A stretch of DNA of 63,734 bases, the filler included, from Reclinomonas americana ATCC 50394 (taxonomy: Eukaryota): the NCBI GenBank assembly GCA_048213135.1. It is 28 parts of 28 records of this genome, joined end to end, with 100 filler letters (N's around TTAATTAATTAA, not from the genome) between each part and the next. Parts side by side here need not be neighbours in the genome. Positions count along the whole stretch, not along the records: positions 58,490 to 61,065 come from AFZH01024840.1; positions 61,166 to 63,734 come from AFZH01024841.1; 26 more parts are not named here. One strand, written 5' to 3'. Made by a program: the position numbers and the translations under genes. Of this stretch, positions 59,407 through 63,734 are shown one piece after another. Each line of letters begins with the position of its first letter. Position 1 is the stretch's first letter. The notes under the pieces are model-generated. The model saw only the letters and a list, made by a program, of their open reading frames with translations, was not told the origin of the DNA and ran no database searches.

Positions 59407-60945
59407 TCAGTGGAAGTAGCCGGGGCCGCGCAGATTGCTGTGCTCGATGATGGCGGCGGGTTCAGTCGCGGACCTGGCCGGGGCGGAAGATTGCCGGGCT
59501 GCGATGGCGGCGACAGCGCGGTAGGCGAAGGCGCCGATCTCGAGGGCGCGCGCGGAGACGGCCTCGGCCTGAGCCGGCTTCAGATCGCGGAACAGCCGCA
59601 GCACGCCGAGACAGGTCCGGAAGCCGTGCTCGGGATGGGGGCGGTTGGCCAGGATGGCGATGACGAGCCCCTCCGTGCTCGGGCCGACCGTCGCGGCCCA
59701 GCGCCGGAGCCGTTCGGGGCTCCAGTCGGCATAGCGCCGGTGCGAACTCGGCATGTGGTCCGGGTTGGTGCCGTGCCGGCGGCCACCGTAACGGCGCTGA
59801 TGGGCGGCGACGCGCTGGCCGCGATGGAAGACCTCGATCGTGCGGCTGGTGGCGCGCAGATCGACCTGTTCGCGGATCAGCCCATAGGGCACGGAGTAGA
59901 AATAGCCGTCATACTCGACATGGTAATCGACGCCCACGCGGGCCAGGCGCCACTCGGCGAACTCGTAATCCTCGGGCAGCGCCGCCAGCGCCGGCCGCTC
60001 GACCGTCTCGAACAGATGGCGGCGGGTGACGCCGAGGCGACGGATGACATGGTCGTTGATCCGATCGACGGCCTCGCGGATCGCGGCATTGGCCTCGGCC
60101 AGGGAGAAGAAGGTCAGGTTGCGTAACCGGCCCAGGATGGCGCTTTGCGCGAAGCGAACCCCGTTCTCGGCCTTCGCCTTGTCGCGGGGCTTGCGGACAC
60201 GGGCCGGCAGCACGCCGACACCGTAATGCGAGGCCATCATGCCGTAGCTGCGGTTCAGCTCAGGGTCGTAGAACGAGGCCTTGTTGACGCCGGCCCTGAG
60301 ATTGTCGGGCACGATCAGGCGCGGAACGCCGTCGAAGAACCGGAACATCCGCACATGCGAGCCGATCCAGTCCGGCAGCGCTTGCGTCCAGCTTGCCTCG
60401 GCGAAGGTGAAGTTCGAGGCGCCGAGCACGCCGACGAAAATCTCGGCCTCCCGGATGACGCCGGTTCGGGCATCGACAATGCCGAGCTTCTTGCCGGAGT
60501 AGTCGACGAACACCTTGTCGCCGGCAACATGCTCCTGCCGCATCGTCGGTGACAGCCGGCGCTGGAAGCCGCGCAGAAGATCGCAGAACCGGCTGTAACC
60601 GTAGCCCTGCGGGTGGATGGCGCGATACTCTTCCCACAGGATCGCCATCGTCACGCCGGGCCGCTTCAGCTCGACGCTCAACTCGCCCCAGTTCGGCTCA
60701 GGACGGCGACGCGCTCCCGAAAGCGCGCCAGAGCGCGCAAACAGCCGGCCCGCCAGAGCGTCATCACTCAGATCCGCCGGCAGCGGCCAGGACAGGCCAG
60801 CTTCCCGGGCGCGGGCCAGGTTCCCCTGCACCGTGCTGCGCGCCACGCCAAGACGACGCCCGATCTCGCCGGGACTCAGATCCTCTCCGGCCAAGCGCAG
60901 CATCTGCCGCAGTTGTCTCATCGTCAGCTTCCTCTTCGCAGGCAT
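59407..60945 (-). CDS. istA: IS21 transposase IstA
   Basis: VFVDYSG, VPDNLR and PRDKAKAE motifs; GGAGA RBS before ATG 60945. Confidence 0.95.
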   Translation of the reverse strand: MPAKRKLTMRQLRQMLRLAGEDLSPGEIGRRLGVARSTVQGNLARAREAGLSWPLPADLSDDALAGRLFARSGALSGARRRPEPNWGELSVELKRPGVTMAILWEEYRAIHPQGYGYSRFCDLLRGFQRRLSPTMRQEHVAGDKVFVDYSGKKLGIVDARTGVIREAEIFVGVLGASNFTFAEASWTQALPDWIGSHVRMFRFFDGVPRLIVPDNLRAGVNKASFYDPELNRSYGMMASHYGVGVLPARVRKPRDKAKAENGVRFAQSAILGRLRNLTFFSLAEANAAIREAVDRINDHVIRRLGVTRRHLFETVERPALAALPEDYEFAEWRLARVGVDYHVEYDGYFYSVPYGLIREQVDLRATSRTIEVFHRGQRVAAHQRRYGGRRHGTNPDHMPSSHRRYADWSPERLRRWAATVGPSTEGLVIAILANRPHPEHGFRTCLGVLRLFRDLKPAQAEAVSARALEIGAFAYRAVAAIAARQSSAPARSATEPAAIIEHSNLRGPGYFH

Positions 60946-61165
60946 CACGGTCTCCGTCTCGGTCGATACGGAAATCGTCTGCCAGAGTGGCTGACCCAGG
61001 CCTCCCAACACCCCCTTCAGGATGCCGGCTTCATCTCGGAATTACCTGCCGGCTTCAAATCGGTANNNNNNNNNNNNNNNNNNNNNNNNNNNNNNNNNNN
61101 NNNNNNNNNTTAATTAATTAANNNNNNNNNNNNNNNNNNNNNNNNNNNNNNNNNNNNNNNNNNNN

Positions 61166-61565
61166 CACAGCATATGTGCAAAGCTCGACTTGCCAACACC
61201 TTACACACACACACACACTCTGCGCATGAGCGACACACACACGCGCACACACGCACACACGCACAGACAACAACGCAACTGGCATCGCCCAACACCAACA
61301 CGCGACACTTGTCAGTGACCGCCGCCAAGTTAACGCCAGCAGCGACTCCAGACAAAGGCGATGCAGCAGCTCCCGATGCACTCCCGCCTTTGCCTGTTTG
61401 CGGAGGAGTCGCCGAGGACAAGACCGCCGCCACAGTCGACGAGATGGCTGCAGATGATGATGATGGCGACACACCTGCTCCTCCTCCTCCTCCTCCTCCT
61501 CCTCCTCCTGGTGCTGGCACAGGCGAGGAGAAGGTCACATGAAAGGCACCACCGCCACCGCTCAT
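61166..61565 (-). CDS. RABL3: Rab-like small GTPase RABL3, 5' part
   Basis: Spliced RVLVLGDA/SVGKSSFAHMLC matches the RABL3 P-loop context [20 protein letters not shown]. Confidence 0.75.
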
Positions 61566-61755
61566 CGTGAGTGAGTTGCGATCGTGTGTGCCAATCTCGC
61601 GCGCGCGAGTTCTCAATCTTTCGCGCGAATGGAGAGAGAAGTGGAGACGTTGATCGGTGCGTTTCGCAGCCGTGTGCGCGACAGGGACGAAGGCGATCAT
61701 ACGAGCGGAGAGAGGTGAGAAAGGCGCCACTCATGAGCGTTCACTGATATCAACA

Positions 61756-63610
61756 ATGATCTATCTGGTCATTGATTTTGCGCGGGATGGCGGTGACAGT
61801 TGGTGGCAGCTGTGCGACGGGTTTCGGCATGTGGTGACCGAGAAGCGACCACGGCTTGATGCGTTTGTGTGTAGCTTGTCGGTGATTGCGGCGTTAGTAT
61901 CGGTGGATTTGGGCGCGGAAATGATCGATGCGAGTCTGTTGGTGGCGCGTGGACTGGCCAGCTCGTGTCTCGTGCTGCATCACACACAGAGTCGACGCAG
62001 TGAGGTGGCGCCGTCGTCGCGGTCCAACTATGAGCGATGTATTCAGGAGGTCGGTTGTTTTCTCTGAGATGTCGTTGTCTTGTTACTTAGTTGTCGACGA
62101 GCAGTGCTTCGAGGTGCACTTTGCGGAGCAGCGCAACGACTTTGTGCGGGCGTGTTTGTTGCAGTGTGTGGCCGAGTGGAGTGTGGCGATGGCTCGCGGT
62201 CACGTGGCCAGCGCCAAGCAGAAGCGACAACGCGACGATCAACAGCAGCAGCATTTGTCGCCACCGACTGCCGGTGACTCGCAGATCCTCATGCGACAGC
62301 TGACCACGATTGTGAAGAACCTCGTGGCTTTATATGCGTCCGGCTCGCGTAAGCTGTGCGCCATGCTCGACGACAGTGTGGCGGTTCGATCGCCCACCGA
62401 TGCCGATGGGCTGGCGGCTGCGTGGAAAAAATCGTCGCTCCTCACCACGCTCAGTGCCGCACACGCGCTCGTACACATTGCGCTGGCGTGCGAGGAAATG
62501 GGTTTGTGTTTGCTTCTCAGGCTCTGAGGTGGGGAAGAGGCAGATGGTGGCTGACAGTGGTGGTGCGCAGAACTCCCCGTTGACAACACACCACTCTCCG
62601 ATCCGGTGCATGTGGCCACCGCGCTGTGTTCACTGACACAGACACTTGGGCACTCGGTGTCGCTCACGGCGGCGACTGCCGCGCCCGCCGCGTTCCACTG
62701 GCACACCGTCTTGTGTGAGCATGCGGCCAGTGGAGTGCGGAGTCTGCTGGCCAAGTCGGCGACAGCGAGTTGCGTCAACAGCGGTGAGGGGGAAAAGAGT
62801 GCCACCACCCGATCCTCACCGCGCTGCGCACAGTGCTGCTGGCAGAGGATACAGTGGCCGATGTGCTCGAGGTGTTGCTGAGCGCACTGGAGTCGCCGAG
62901 TGCCTCACCGACTGTCTTGTCGCTGCTGCTCAGCAGTCTCAGCGAGAGTTTCACCTCGGTGGTGGTGGCGCGCTCATCGTCGGCCCACGCACGCATCTTG
63001 CAAGCGTGCTTTCACGTCTACTGCTCGGTTTGTCGCACGCTGTGTTTGGCCGCTGTGGTGCCGCACGAGTGACTCACGAACATGCAGAGCGACACACATG
63101 CGGCTTGCATGATCAGTGCGCTCGAGGCGCTCTTTGTCTGCTCGGTGGCAGGCATGCAGTTTGCCCGTTCGTGCCTCGACAGCAAGGTGGCCATGTTGCG
63201 ACACCTCGAGGATTCCGTGTCGCCCTCCGAGTCGTTGCGCGCAACCACATAACACTCTTTTGTTGTTGTTAATCACCCACGTCCGTGCTCACAGCGTGGA
63301 CGAGTCGTGGCTGCTGCGTCTCAACGAGGCCAAGCATGAGCTTGCCGCGCGCCTCGTGGCCGTGTCGGAGCACGAGCAGGCTTGGGCCGCTTTTAGTTGC
63401 GTTCTGTCCCTCTTCTTTTCCCATCATGATTTCCATGCCGCCGACACCATACACGCAGTTCAACGATGCGGTCTGCGCGACGGCACATGCCTGGAGATGC
63501 CACCGCGAGCTGAAGTGAAGAAGCTCGTGCAAGAGGGCTTCCGCATCCAGTCTCGCCATCGACCCAAAATCGGCAATCAATCGATAACATCACCGGGGCC
63601 ACTGGAATAA
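61756..63610 (+). CDS. Multi-exon hypothetical protein; start uncertain
   Basis: 3' exons join in frame across introns starting at 63234 and 63396; stop TAA at 63608-63610. Confidence 0.5.
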
Positions 63611-63734
63611 ACGTCGCCTGGCCCGCCTACCGAGTAAACACAAAGTTTCGCATTGGCTGTTTTACTCACACAAACAAGCGCGCGGACGTTCCGTCACGCG
63701 TTACTCGTACGCAAAGAGCTCTGAGGCTCCATGG

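Larger units (their letters stand above)
58490..61065 (-). mobile_element. Second, distinct IS21-family element; istA-proximal end truncated
   Basis: TG-start end at 58490 with TTCCGA..CGGC repeats; inverted copies at 61023-61063; istA and istB. Confidence 0.93.

Overview
This window is not one locus. It is a pseudo-scaffold of about 28 short unplaced contigs (about 1.0-2.7 kb), joined by 100-nt linkers (N-run, TTAATTAATTAA, N-run), so gene neighbourhoods across linkers mean nothing. Most contigs come from a GC-rich eukaryotic microbe with many short (about 60-100 nt) GT-AG introns and microsatellite-rich flanks. Its recognisable genes include CDC73, striatin, symplekin-like, GDE1-like, PP2C, PRP17/CDC40 (two haplotypes), CCT3, ABHD13, PI4K-alpha, RABL3, an FMN glutamate-synthase-family protein, an ankyrin protein with a STAND-like region, EGF-repeat proteins and a subtilisin. 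Nine contigs are intronless and bacterial, probably co-sequenced Alphaproteobacteria-like and Actinobacteria-like organisms. They carry hyuA/B, ribA, glgE/glgB, ABC transporters, a tyrosine-recombinase pair and two IS21 elements. The most notable signal is in the eukaryote's introns, which show two classes of 5' splice site that depend on the last exon base. After G the donor is usually GTNNG (G at +5). After A, C or T it is usually GTT(G/T)CG, the same motif shifted by one nucleotide. I reconstructed 24 donors of the shifted type by hand, several anchored by conserved protein motifs. This resembles the rare +1-shifted U1 pairing described for human atypical donors, but here it looks like a major class.
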